Assembly: GCF_902459465.1 (NCBI RefSeq)
Contig: NC_047070.1
Span: 10,602,001-10,666,000 of the forward strand
DNA: 64,000 nucleotides
DNA from: Asterias rubens
Lineage: Eukaryota
Direction: 5' to 3'
A program made the translations under genes and the position numbers. Under the pieces are notes generated by a model. It searched no databases and had not been told where the DNA came from. It saw only the letters and a program-made list of their open reading frames with translations. Below are positions 21,001 through 36,000 of the stretch, piece by piece. The number at the start of each line of letters is the position of its first letter. The stretch's first letter is position 1.

Positions 21001-24000
21001 TTGTGAAATCAATTGATATAAATAGATAATATGGATCACCAACAGCCTAAATTCACTTTTGCATCTTAAAACGCAAAAGGCTACTTTTGCGTCTTAAAAC
21101 GCAAAAGGCTACACTGACATTTGTGTATTAAGGGTACAATGTGTAGTCTCTATGCTGTATGCATACATGTACATATTGATTACATTTGTTTTAGGTTTTG
21201 AGATGGTTTTGGTTTTGCCATTATGTAAATATACATTGTGTATTGCATATACATTTGCATTGTGTGTACAGTAATGACAGTACGACAGCTGATCAGCCTG
21301 CTGATAGACTTTAAAGGAACACGTTGCCTTGGATCGGTCGAGTTGGTCTTTGAAAAGCGTTTGTATTCATTTGTTATAAAATGCATGATTAGAAAAATAT
21401 TTTAAAAGTAGAATATAATGATCCACACAAGCATCACTCGAAATTGCGTGGTTTTCCTTTTACCTCGTCGACAAACACGGTCGGCCATTTACGGGAGTCA
21501 GATTTTTGACTCCCATAAATGGCCGACCGTGTTAGTTCGCAAAGTAAAAGGAAAACCACGCAATTTCGAGGCAAATGTGTGTGGATCATTGTATTCTACT
21601 TTTAAAACATCTTTCTAACCATATGCATTTTATAACAAACGGTTACAAAGGCTTTTCAAAGACCAACTCGACCGATCCAAGGCAACGTGTTCCTTTAATA
21701 GCTTGATGCAATCAAAGGCCATATAATTACTGTACAGCTAATTAACATTAGAGAAAAGCTACCATGCATTCCACATAATGAGATTCGGATAATAATAACC
21801 CCACCAAGGTCCGACACAGATGACCTAGGCCAGCAATGAAGGCTTATAATTTATGATTAAATTATTAATCATTTGTTTTTGCGTAAACTCAACGCTAAAA
21901 GATTGTAGGAATGATTGTGCACCTTATCCAGTACCATGTACAAGATAGAATGTAAAATATGAAATGTGTTTAGCCTACATAGTGCAGGTGGGTGGGTCCC
22001 ACCAGGCTAATGCTTGTGTTTAGCCTACATAGTGCAGGTGGGTGGGTCCCACCAGGCTAATGCTTGTGGGACAGACAGTTCCCTGGTAGTAATAAAACAG
22101 AGTAATATGCTGGTTACAATTGCTGCGTTCATTCAGCACCCCAATAAGAGAATTTTGTTGTAGAAATTTAATACAAAATTAAATTTGATGAAAATAACAA
22201 CAATTTATCTTGTTATTTAAAAGAAATTTGCAGTGTTTTAAATTCTGGGGACAGTATGGGATAAAAATACATCTAAGGTGACGGCACTTGTCTAGAACCA
22301 TCTTGTCTATTTCACCTTCTAATTGTCTACACATACCAGGAGGCTTGTATGACATTTTGCTTTCTAAATTTATAAAAAGCTATTTCAGTATACTAATTAA
22401 AAATAGCCTAAATATTATTCATGATATTACTATTAGTCAAGTTCTGCAGTTCTTCCATTTTTACTTTAATTACAGCCCATCCCATCAATGTATTTAAACG
22501 TAGTTAACAATTTCGTCTAAATACCTTGTGACACATTTATTGCTCAATTATATATATTTTTTTTTAGTGAGGGGATAAGAACATTCATTATACGCCACTG
22601 GAAAACCCGGGAAAAAAATTATCTCAACTTTCCCACGCCTTAAAATGTCATGAAATATATGCACGAGTGCAGAGAAAGACCTTGTAGAGTATTAAGCCAG
22701 CAGTATTTAACTACACATGTGTTGCAATTGCAGACAAAATTAAATTCAATAAAGGCCTTCATGAAATTTTATATGGAAACAATCTAAATATAAATTGCTT
22801 TCCAGACAGTCCTGCAATAAGGGTGTTTAAAAAGGGACTTGAAGTCCAAACTCGTTCTTCAATCCACCTGCATTTGAGAATCTATTTTCCAATCTCAACA
22901 AGAAGCAGGGGGAGACAGTGTGGGATGCAGACGACGGGGGACGAGGGGCTTCAGCCCCCCCTTGGCTAAACGCTTTTCTGTTTTCCATAGCCACACTATG
23001 ACGTCAATGGCAGGCCTTTCAGCACAGGTTAATTCTAGGTTCGTAATTATGGCCCGATGTGGGTTGTGTATTGATTGCACACTGTCAGAGTGTCCACACC
23101 TTCACGTGTGTATGTACAGAGCGTTGGTTTGGGACAGTGTGGCACGGTCCCATTGCACCGAAATGAAATGGCGCAGAACGGATACTGTTCTAGCCAGTGG
23201 GCTCACATGAATAATAATGAAGGAATCTATTTGTGTCGTTAACACACCCTTGCATTAATCAAGCAGTTGGACTAGTACAAAATTTAGTTCAATCATTAAA
23301 AATTTTGTCTCTTCACCACTATTTCTAAAAAAAATTACATTTAAAGAATTATGCAATTTCTTCACTTCAGTTTGTTATTCTTTACATTTCTCATAGTATT
23401 GTAACAAATTAACATAATAAGTAATTGCATTCCTTCCCCATATTAAATTGGATATAATGAAACACTGATCAAATTATTACTTCTTATTTTGAGGGTAATT
23501 ATATGGAAATTTCTGTGTGGGTGTGTTTGTTTGTTATACATGTATGTCAGCGTCTGCAGAGCTGAAACGTATAACATAAATTAAAATTAATAAAAAAATT
23601 GCATGGTGAGAAAATATTTTGGGCGCCACTCACCACTCATTATCCAAACCCAACATTAATATTTTCCTCAAAGCCGCAGGCACATTTACGAATTCAACGA
23701 AGGAATCTATTAAATATTAGATTTCAATCTATCTAATCCATCAAGCTTATTTACAATTCTAAGTGTAGCTTGGGGACCAATGAATCAGAGTTCAGCTGCG
23801 GGTGTCCCCCATCCTCATGCAAATACGTAGTGAAACATACCCTCGCAGGAATGGGGATTTTCCTAAGTGAAGGAACACAATTTTCTTGGTAAAAACATGA
23901 ACTTTGCACATTTTCCCATACTTCGTTCATAAGCTCTGATGTAAAGTAAGGAATCTGAAGATAAGGCAGTTTAATAATATGCAAGGTGACTCAGTCTGGT

Positions 24001-27000
24001 GAATTTACAGTATAAATTTATGCAATATAATGACTTAATGCCACTTATTTAATCAGATTCTTAAAATTCAGCATAAAAAAAAGTGGACCCTGATTTAACC
24101 CAAGATTATACAGAAGGGTAGTTGCCCAAAGACCCGCAGTAATAATATAATTATGCCATATGCAGGAATATTATCAGTGCATGTTAAGCCTATGAGATAG
24201 GGAGAACGGACTGTACACAGTCTAGGGTCAAATGTGACCTGGCTGTACATACAGTTCGTACGTACAGGTGTATACAATTATGCATGAAGGCTTTATTCAG
24301 TACAATTTATTATGCCTGGTACGTTACAACATACTGTACATTACAATATGCACAGGGAGATTTCTCTTGTATGTATGACATAACATTGCGCTACGCAGAA
24401 ATTTGTCAGATACTACTCAAAACTATTATTCTTTCTCAATATTATTGAACATTCATTTTACAATTGTTTTCAAATCAACGTTCTAGTCTTTTATTTGGCT
24501 TTGCAAAATACACGAAATAGGTCAACCAAGGGGGGCAAAAATCCTGTTTTTCGTTTTAATTATTTCTGAATTGATTGATTTCCACCCATTAACCTGGTTC
24601 AAAATGGGTTTTTCATGGTTAGTAATTTGTCTGACCTTTTTACGGAAGCCAATTGGAGGAGAAAACAACTTTCAAATCAATACACATAAAAATGTGGTAA
24701 ATGTATTTATAGACAATTTTGAAAACAATTTTTAAGAAAACATCACCTCACAATTAAAAGCATTTTAAGAGCAAAATTGTAAAGGCTGTGCACACTGGTT
24801 TTATTCAATGACACAAAATGGGAAAAGATACCCCACAAAATAATATGATAATGATGGATTTTGATGCAGGCTGTGAAAATTAAACCAAAAACACAGGGAT
24901 AGAGCCAATTTCTCAATCTGCATCCGTGTTCCCAGGATGCAGATTGAGAAATTGGCTCTAAGTGTAATCTTTAAAAATGGTTTTAAAAGTTCAAAATATC
25001 CCCCAAAAATGTTGTGAAATATTTCACAATGTTCTTGACGCTTTATACACAGTTCAATGTCAAGGGGTAGAAGTCTCAACAGTTCAGTTGGGTTCCATCA
25101 ACAAACAACAAAGCAGAGAACCTCCCCTACACAATCCCAACGCATCCATACAATAGGCATTGTTGACAGGGGACTCAAATCTTCGTAACGCTATAACTTG
25201 TTCATACACTTTGTAAGGAGTGCAAGGTTGACAGAATCACAATGCATAAAGTTCACACCAATTTGTTTTCATAAAATAATGGGGTTTTTTTTAAAGGTTT
25301 TTTATCTTGAGTGTACTTTGGAACAGGGCAGGCCTGGGCCACCTCCCACAACTAACTCAGAATAGATATTACGATACAGAAATGTACAAAGCACAATATT
25401 AAAACAATGCCAAAACATGTTCTGATGCACAATCAACTGGCATCTGTAAAATTACAGTCAAAGTTTATTCACTTCATGGGTACGCTAAATGAAAAAAACT
25501 TTTTGTAATAAAAAAGAATCGCAGGTAAGCTAGCCATTTAAATAAAAATGTACCACTACCTATCAAAAGCTAGGTACTAGACAAGGCTACAGTGAAGGTT
25601 TCATATTAAAATACATACACCTCTAGGTTGTTTTTCACAAATTATAAAACAGAACTTCTGTTTAATTGCATGAATAATACTTCGCCGCGACATGACCATA
25701 ACAATTTCAAAGTTCCTGTTTTTCAGGCCTGATTATCAAGAAGGCCAAGGAGGCCATGACCTCTTTGCCCTGGTCTTGGCCTCGGTGCCCCGTCCAAAGT
25801 TGACTGTAAGATTTGGAGTGTGCCCTTTGCAAAATGAAAATGGCCTTGCCCTTTCAAAAGATGAAGCTCCAGGCCTAGAATACATGTATGTCTTGCACAA
25901 AATCTAAAGAAGAAAATGTTTACTAAACAAGTGCATTTAAATATTTTCCCATTAACAATGAGGGAATCAATGTGTGGTGAAGAGGTTTTCAACTAGTGGT
26001 TTAATCCCAACGAGGCCTGGTTCTTGACAATGTTACCGAGACGAAGTCGAGGTAAATTATCAAGAACCAGGCCTCGACGGGTTTAAACCACTAGTTGAAA
26101 ACTGATTCAACACACTTTGATTCCCATTCATAAATACCTTTTTTGGTAAAAAACATCAACACTTTTTGGTCAAAAAGTAAAATAAATGTCAAAATTATAA
26201 TTGTTCAATGATTTCTTTCAACACAACACCCCTCCAGCTATGAAATGGTAAGGCCCTCGGGTAAACAACTTCTTATAAGGAGATTGCTGCGCATGTCACG
26301 CGTATCGCGTGATGTGGTACAACTGTTTCAGCCATTCCTCTTGACCAATAGGAATGAAGAAACTCTTATAAGAACAGGTGCAAGTTCGCGTGTCACGCCC
26401 ATGTTTCAACACTTTTTACTGGTCATAAACAAAGGTTTATACACACCCACGTGACGCGCTCTCCACCCATAGGAATAGCGAAACTGTCTGAGGTATTTAT
26501 GAATGAATAATTAACCACCAAAGAATTGAGACTTCTTCCTAGAATGTGACATTCAGTACCATGACAGTTGACAATCACATCTGTCTATTATAATATGACA
26601 ATCAGTAACATCTGTCCCAATGGAATACATGCACAGACATGCAGAAAACCATCTTCTTTCTAAACAGGATGATGTGCATAAAAGCCATACAGGAATTACA
26701 TGTACCTGAGCATAGAGGCTTATTTTTAGCTGGGCATGGAAAAATAGAAAAGATATATAACGAACAGCGCACTTCAGCCAAAACAGCTGCACAAGGATTA
26801 TTTCTAGAATTGCACTTTTTGTTTATGGTTGATGTTGTTCGAAACACCTGTGAAAACCAATGGATATTATCTTGTAGCACGCGCTAATCCACCAATCAGA
26901 TGCTCAAACTGGAGGGTGATAAGGGTGTAACAAACCTCCCATAAAATATAAAATGAAAAAGTAAATGGCGTTATTTGGAGGGGAAAAAAAAACAGTACTG

Positions 27001-30000
27001 GAAATGTATGCCATCATTTATTATCAAACCCTTATTTCCATTAAGACGGAAATAGTTTGCAGCTATTGGAAAGTGGAAGTGTTTCCAATTAACTTCCAAT
27101 GCCAGTATAAACAGTAAACATATAGCCTACACATACTGCGCTGGACCTTCTTGTAGTTTTGATCTACAGACAAATATCGCTTTGTCTATAAATCAAAGCC
27201 ACCATTAGTGTATTACTTCGTATGTGTACTAGGGGTACCCTGATGCATTGACCATTATTTATTATGCTAATTGGAAGGTTTGTTTCAGAATTGGACAACA
27301 ACCACTGATCAAGTGTTACATAACACTAGTTTGACTTTGGTATCATTATTGCCAAAAGATAACCGTGTGTACATGACTACCTAATTAACAATACCTTTTC
27401 CCCCAAAACAACTACTTGTTAACCTTTCAACTACCTATAAATAGAAGGGTGCTTGTTTGTTTAGTTCACTCAATCCACTTAGAACTCTTGTCATTAACTT
27501 TATACAACCACCGATACACCCTTGACTAACCTAACCTGTGATTGAGCTTGTTCAAGTTGTCTTTTTAGAATTAGTTCCAGAAAACTGCCTTGAGAATTTT
27601 AATTGTTGTAAATGGAGTACACTGTTCACTCAACAATCTAAGTATGATCTCATAGATGAAAACACTTCTTAGGAAATATACATTTCAGGTTGATTGGTAT
27701 TAATTTTACTTGTACTCCAATCATACCCTTTTTGACACTTTAAAGAGTTTTTACGTTGGGTTGTTGCCAAATTTGCAGTCCCTATCTGCGCAAAAACAAC
27801 TATTATGTAAACTCGAATCGGAGGTTGGTCTACTAATCTGTAATTTCGCTCCAGATGAGAAACAAGTTACATGAAAAAAGAAACTATCCTTCAATCAATT
27901 GAGACAATAATTGCATCCGGAGATATAAAAGCATATATTATTGTATTGGATTTTTACTCGTGATTAATATAGGCACTTCACTCTTATTGGTTTCAAACTC
28001 ACTATTTTATAGCCACTAGAAAACCAAGCATGCCTGATGGCCTGATAAAAAAACATGTAATTGTTGCAGTTTCATTGACAAATTATATGAACAAAAATAA
28101 AGTTTTTTGTTTTTATATGACAATTGAAAACTTGGTTAAACCAACAACACTATTAATTACTAGACTTGATCAATGATGATCATAGATAGAAAACTAGCTC
28201 ACAAACTGTGCCTTTTGCTCGAGGTCATTCATAAATAATATTCTTTTGCTCTTTTGATTTGAATGGGGGGGGGGGTCTTGGTCGGTTATTTAAAGATAGC
28301 TGGGTACCAGCAACACTGAGTTATGTAGGAAACAGGCAGGGCACATGCCTGAATTGTATTGGCTGCCAGGCATTAAAATATACAGTATTTGTTTTATGTC
28401 CTTGATTTTCGTTCAAGCAGTTGTTCCTGAAGAAGAAAAAAATGTCCTCGAACAATTAAAACCACCCCTCCCCCACCACCATACAAATCAATAATACATT
28501 ATTTTAATTACTCCACAATAAAATACTCTACAGGGCCTGTACATTTACTGTTTTTGTAGATGATTCAGGTTATTGTCAAGGCTATTATTTTTTAATGCAA
28601 ATGTTGATGAAAGCACCAAAACATCTAATTTTATTTTAGTCAATCAGAATTACTGATTATATCATACATCTTATAGATATAGGCATACGTAACTGTTAAA
28701 AGCAATAGCAAATGATGCATGCTTGTTCTCCACACCCTGTTATTATTTTTGTCGTTTTAAAATCTAACAAAGTGAACGACTACTGATGCATTGCATATCT
28801 GACCATCTCTCGAAAAGGGGTTTATGTGTAAAATAAAATCACCATGACAACAGAGTACATGCAAACTACATGACAAACAATCCAATTGCAGTGTACTGGA
28901 AATTACTTTGATCATCTTGAGTATAAAATGGAGGAAATGGGGTCTTTAAGTCCACTTTACCGTTTGCATTTTAATGGTCTCAGTTCTGGGATCAATTACT
29001 AATCTGAAATGTACCGTAATGTTGATATCTATAGAGATCTGTTCAAACTGTTGTTGTTGAAACATGTACAAGGACATAGCTTTAATCTCATGACAATCAT
29101 TACTGCGTTGCACCACACTGTATAGTGAAAACTACCTGGAAATGTATTGTGTATAAAGTGGATCACATGTCACAGCTATTTAGGTTCCTTAGAAGATATT
29201 TGTTGTGAGTTTTAAACAAAGAAACTGTACAAGGCCATAGGAAAATGACCCGGTAAAGCTAACAAGATACATGTATTTCTTGTTGGGACACAATACTTTC
29301 TAAGAAGATAGAAATGGAAAACTTCCTAAGAAGATAGAAACTGAAACTTGCCTTCTGATCTGGCACCCAAGTACATGTAGTAGTCATGTAACATGTGAAG
29401 TGCACAGTGTACATTCATGATTCACAAACTAAATGATACATGGTAGTGCATTCAGAGAATAATATGTGGTAAATTTCCATACCAAACATTTAGGGTCCTA
29501 CTACTTGCCGTCAACTCGCCGTCAACTCACTTGCGCCGTCAACTCGCCGTCAACTCCACCAATATACATTTAAAATAGAAACATAGAACTGTAAAGTATC
29601 AGCTCATCAAAGAGAATTCGCGAAAGTTTTAGGTCATATTTCGTAATAAAAATTGAGGTTTTTTTTCTCGTGAAAAAATTATATCGAAACAGCAAAACCA
29701 TCGGCCGCCATCTTGTTTTTTCACATTGATTAGTCTTGGCCCAAGATGTCAATGATTGGTACTTTTTTTTATCAACACAAAGTCGTTTTTGTGAATGAAT
29801 TTTTACCGAAAACCATGAGGAATATGTAGTTTAGCCCAGACTTAACACTTCCGTGTCCCATTTATAAATTTTTCATGTAAATTTAATGAGTTGACGGCAC
29901 GAAAATGAGTTGACGGCGAGTTGACGGCAAGTAGTAGGACCGAACATTTAACATCAACTCACACACGTTTAGTGTATAGATATAAGGAATGAATGTCAGA

Positions 30001-33000
30001 CAATGATCAAATCTATCTGATCATATAGCTTCATGGTCTGATCTTGCTCTATGGTCCGATGAAGTCAGATTTGAGGTTTCAAGTTGTATACAACAATCTT
30101 ACAACTGTGCACTAGGTACAATGTTATGTACAACACGTATTAGCGCACGCCACCCTCCCTCGATCCCCAATGTCTGAATTTAGAATTTTCTGCACAGGTG
30201 TTTTGGGCAAGTGATCTGAAAAAGAGTGACATCGTCTGACACAACACTGGTATTGCATTACATCTCTAGTCTTTTCTTGGTGCAAGGTGATACAAGAAGT
30301 CAACCAATGGCGCCACGGTTTAATGTGCATTATTCTGTACTCCTCCTATACCTTTCCAAAATGGATGCTTCACAGCAGGAATCATTTTACAAAAACATTT
30401 ACCAGCAGTCACTGAACCAAAAGGCCTGTGCCAAACTCATGTCAATTTATGCACACACCGCACAACCCTCATTACTGCCAAAACTCATGTCAATTTCTGC
30501 ATATACAGCAAAAACCTTTTTAAAACATGTTAGTGCCAACTCCGTGGATTTCTACTTTTTGTACGTATTCAGAATCACTTAATATGCCTTCCTTGGGATT
30601 AAGGAAGTTTGTCACAGAGATTTTGCAAATTAACTGCAGGTTATAAGGTGAACACAAATGGCAATAATTCCTTAAGCCACCACGTTAAGCACTACTTCCC
30701 TGCAGCAACTTAATTTCAATCAGTTATTTCCTAAAATATAAATCACAAATTTCCTCTTTTAATTAAATGACTATGCTTGTCTGGATGTATGTGTCTCCAC
30801 TTGGTGTCTCTATAAATTGGGTGAAATGATGTGACTTTCCCAAAGAGCATAAAATATTCCCCACAAATGTGCGGCTTGTACATTGTACAGTTTTGAGTGT
30901 TTTTGCAAGTTCTGAATCTGTGGAATTTTCACAATACAAAACTTCTCCATACACAGGAATGAGAACAAATTATAAAAACAAAACAAAACAATCATGGTTT
31001 GGGATAGATTTGTTATTAATATGATTTATGTAAATTAGAGAGCCAGATTTGAAGCTTTGTACTTTCAACTGCACAAAGTAGGATAAAAGGTGTATTTACG
31101 TATGTTACTGAACAGGTTTTAAAGAAACCCATTTGGGGTGCAGAAATTACTTCTTTTCTTTTCAGTATAAATAAACCCAATGTACACAATGTAGATAAAA
31201 TACTAGTCATTTAGTACACAAAATTCACAAACAAAATCACCAAGAGTTACACATTGTTCAGTATATCCAAAGTGAATGAGTTATCAAACTGTTACAGAGT
31301 TTCCTTTCCTTCTCTTTGTTGGTTTAATACTATAACTAATTGAATTTTTGTGGAGAATCTGCAGACAAAAATAGCTTGCACTGGCCTTGAGGAATGACAA
31401 GAATCTGTGTCAATTTATTGACAAATTGACCAGGTTGAATTCAACTTCCTCAGTCATTACCTCTGAACTGAATGACCCCAGGAAGCAGTCAGTACTGCGG
31501 TATACACATCTAGTACCATAACAATGAAAATACCTGACAAAAACAAAATGTAACATTCAGGGAACGATTTCGTACAGCAGTTTTGCACAGCCAAATATTT
31601 AGGTTGAACTTATTTTGCGCACACTGAATACTTAAACTACTTAAACTGAGTAGCAAATGGTGAGTTTTGAGTAGCAATCTGATACACTTTGTGAAGCATT
31701 TTGCTCTGCTATACAAGGGTAGGCGTTCGTTGAATATTACTCATCATCTGTGCTGGTTTCTCTCATTCAACCTTTAGGTCAACTTCAAAGACATAATCAA
31801 TAAAACAAAGACAGGACTTGCTCTTTCTGCGCATGCTCTGGTTACACATGGAGGAATAAGAAACAGTTGTAAGAGTATATATTTGTCCCCATGGCATTTT
31901 ATTCTCCACACCTACTTGCACTATGACGCCGACGGTGAACAGACCGGGGTCACTGAGACCCTTGCCACGCGCCACATTGAAAATATTCTCAGCATTTTAT
32001 GGGACATAATTATGTGGTTTTTGTGGTGTTATGAGCCCTTTCAAAGCCTTCAAATTGCTGCACCTCCTTTAAAAGTTGTGCTTTGTACGGATTACAGTAT
32101 ATAACATGCACACATAATGTACTTTATACACCAACTCTTTTATTTAGTTTTCAGGAGAGTAAAGGTATCTCAATGTATATAAATCCTCCCACCACAAGCA
32201 AACAAGATAAGAAGCAATGCAGGGTGGCATAACTCCCCATTGACCTAAAATGGACAACTAGTATAGTGGGGTTTGAGTGGTACATGATGCAATGTACATG
32301 TACCATCAGTGTTTACCAACAAAGAACAATGCCTCAATCCAGTTCAAAGTTTAGGATAAGTTGATTGTTTTAAGCAGTAATGGTGATTAAAAAATCTGTT
32401 TCTTAAGCAATACAAAAACCACAATAAAATTGTGATGAGCAGTTTGAATACAAAATTTACCATTACAAAGTAGTACGATATTAGCCAATCACTCAGAAAT
32501 GAAAAATGTAGCCTACACTGCCAAACAGAAAACGGCTGACAATTCTTTAACTGCTGAGTATACAAATGGCAAAGTGCCAACCCCCCTCCCCCCACCATTT
32601 TACATATCAGGTAATTTTTTCTCTCTTGTAGATTGACCTGTTGGAAAGGCACTTTTCAATCTTCGGTACTCATAGGAAAGACGCTTTGTCAAAGTTAAAT
32701 GTAAACGCTCATGATGGCGGTGCCGTTGGTGTGGCAGTGCTGATGGGAGGGGGGGCGGAGTTCTTGGAAGAAGGATTGTAAATGTATACTTACAAGAGTT
32801 TCGACTGTAGTGCTCCATGGGGTGCTCTGTGCCACGCATGATATCAAAAAGTTGATGCTCAAGGGAGGACAATTTCATGGGGTCAACCCCAGCATTGTGC
32901 CCTGCTCTTTCCTGCAATAACAAAATAAACATAACAACATAACATTTTAAACATTGGGCACAACTACAACTATCGCAACAAAAAGTTCCTTTTTTCAATA

Positions 33001-36000
33001 ATTATGCGTTTTTATTGGAAAAATCTAGGCGAGTTTAATATTTGTTCTTCAGGGACAGTATAAGAGATGTTAAAATTACATCAGGGATAAAGAATATTAA
33101 TTTTTGTTTTTTACCCATACACCAATGTGTGTTAGTACTGTATACTCAGTACTTGCCCGAGGCCTGTGAAAAAAAATATCACAGTCATGTTACTCCAGTG
33201 GGATTCGAACCCACGAGCCTTGCAATTCTAGAGCAGTGTCTTATCAACTACACTAGCGAGGTGGGCCTATAAATTTGTATTTGTCTGATTCATCTCATCA
33301 GTGTCTAAATGGTAAGTGAACATTGAGATGCCACTACACTGTTAACAATTTCCTGAGAAAAGTTTTTGTTTTTGTTTGCATTGAGTGCATTTAAGATGAA
33401 GATGTACTACTAGAGAGCTCAGTATTATGTACGAAAATAAGATCTAAATAATTGACAGCTTCTTTGGACTCCTTCAAGATGTACATACTGCTGTAGGGTA
33501 ATGGAAACCTCATTGATTATTGATTACTTACAATTGTTATGCAGACATTGTAAATCAATAAATTCTAAGCTACAGGGAGTATAGTACTGTCACGATTCAA
33601 CAAAGCATGGTTTCACCAAGATGTTTCTCTACATGCAGCATCTTCTTTTCATACACTATTGACATCCAGGTGTTTAAATATTCAACAAAGGGTAACCCTC
33701 TTATCAAACAAAATGGAAACACTCAATATTTCAAATGATTCCAGGGGCTACATGACATTGCATTTTGCATTACAACTTTAACTTCTAAAGCTTCGGGCAT
33801 CACCATTATTCACAGAAGTCATTTTTAAAGAGGATATCATATATAAAGTACCTGAATACACTGTAAATATTGATTTACCCTGAAGTCAATTTACATTCAG
33901 ACAAGTAAATTCTTTTCAGTGATATATCCCAAAAATATGTTCTGCAATTTTGATGTTTGAGTAAAGATGGAATGTTAACTTTCACATTGAGTTGTTCCCC
34001 CCACAGTACTTTATGTTGGAAACTAGAACATAACTAGTATGGTTTTTTTTGTAGTTTACAGTAAATCAATTCAGTAGGCCTAGATTCAGAAATAAAAAAA
34101 TTACCTAAATGTAAGCCTATATATGAGAGACTCTACACTACAACCTTTTTCAGATTTGGAATAACCTTATTGTAGGTCAAAGGCTAGGGCCATTGACTGA
34201 GGCTTGCTGCCTAGTTAGTTCAACCATAGAGTAAGGACAGAGACCAATAATGTACATATTTTGTATCTCCAGGGGTCGATTTCAAAAAGGAACTTAGGAC
34301 TACATGTAGTCCTAGGAGATATTAAAAACTTAAGTCGTGTCCTAAGTTAGGACGAATAACTCGTCCTCACTCGAGATAAGAGTAGTCTAACTCTTTGAGA
34401 AATCGACCCCAGATACAATCTTTTGCCTGGACAAATGATTTTATCAAGTTGTTCACTGGATCTGTCCTGAATCTTACTAGCTCCACGGTCCAATGGAAGC
34501 CCCTAAAATGCATCTTTGTATTAATTAAGTCTTTGTGTCATTTCTGTATCAACAACAAATTTCAATTTTTAATTTAATCCCACAAGGTAAAATGTAGAGC
34601 TACTACTGCTCTATTAAAATGAACTGCTGAGTTAGACTTGTGCATCAAAATAAGGTCACATGGCCTCATGGAACCTTGCCAAGGTCAGGGTGGTTCCCTA
34701 GCGTTGCCAAATTTGGCAAAGGGGTATTGCCAGCATAGCTACTGCATTACATGCACAGTACACTGTTCAATCAATGGTTGTCTTTATGTATGTAGAGCAT
34801 TGGGTACTGTGCCTCTCTGTCTACATAGTGCATGATTGCGCCATAAAATGCTTTCATTTAGTACTCGCCTAGGTGTTTAGTACTCGCCTAGGTGATTATG
34901 CCAAATGCATAAAAAAATATATGTCATCATCTTTCAATTAAAAAGTAATCCATGAACATCAGGGTCTTTCCTGTTCTATACAATGCACTTTTTTCTTCAC
35001 GATGTGCGTAACCAGTGCCACTAGCATCAACATCTTAGTCCAGATCTATGGGAAACAGTATTTCAGGATCGCTTGCAGCATCCTTTAGTGATGCCAATAA
35101 AAAAAGTTGCTCCTGCACTCTGTGTAATATGTATGCAATTTAATCGGTTCATTTGAGATCTCTATTTTAATAATGTCCTTACCGATTTTAGGCCCCTATC
35201 ACATATCCAACCTCTTCACAAATTGTGTGTGTTGAACTCTATAAGATTCCAGAGATGCTTGTCTGGAGTGGGCATTCCACAAAGTACACCCAGACTTTTA
35301 TTAGTCAACCCTGAGCCAAAAAATTGACAGAGGAATCTGGAAAGAATGTCTTGACATCTCACGAGTTTGAGCATTGGTTTCATTGCAATGAAATATTTAG
35401 TTCAACATTGAAGCTGAAACTGTAGACCACATGTACAGTACATCATGCTTGGTCAGCATTATAGTACACATACGGGTACAATATAACATTGTAAAGTCAG
35501 TTCACAAAAACAGCAATAATGGTATAGCATAATCTTGTATTTCTAATGTCAAATGAACATGTTGTATTTTAAAATACACCGCTCAGTGACCATGTTACAC
35601 TATATTTTATGTAATGTCCTCTCCTGTTTTATAACACCAAAGTCCCCATACCCTGGCAAAAACTAAAAGTACACTGTGCAGTTTTATTTATAGCCCAATC
35701 ACAAGACTCAAAACACACATGGTATTCCCTATGACTAGACAAAAAGAACCTACTGAATGTAGTTTCAAACTACCTACACAAGGTTGCTTGGGAAATATTT
35801 GGCCAGCAGACATCTGCATTGTCCAACATTACATAATAAAAGCTCAATATAGACAGATAAGGATCAATATCCAATGTGACCCATGCACATGTTAAAACAT
35901 GAAGGGGGTTATTGACAAAAAGACATGCAAACAAGGCCTGTGTATTTACAGCAGAGCTCTTCTATGCCATGGTATGGTACAATGGACAAGAGTTCTTTTC

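Noticed and set aside
21060-22070. Short perfect tandem duplications (about 21060-21110, 21965-22065; also about 34857-34895 and 13182-13366)
   Set aside because: These look like ordinary local slippage or repair duplications with no further structure.
31905-31995. GC-rich minus-strand stretch with a good donor (CAA|gtaggt) as a CPEB exon
   Set aside because: No acceptor with a polypyrimidine tract in a compatible phase, and no similarity to CPEB.
33182-33267. Functional tRNA genes (also 50425-50495)
   Set aside because: A and B boxes are present but the acceptor and anticodon stems are broken, consistent with SINE heads.
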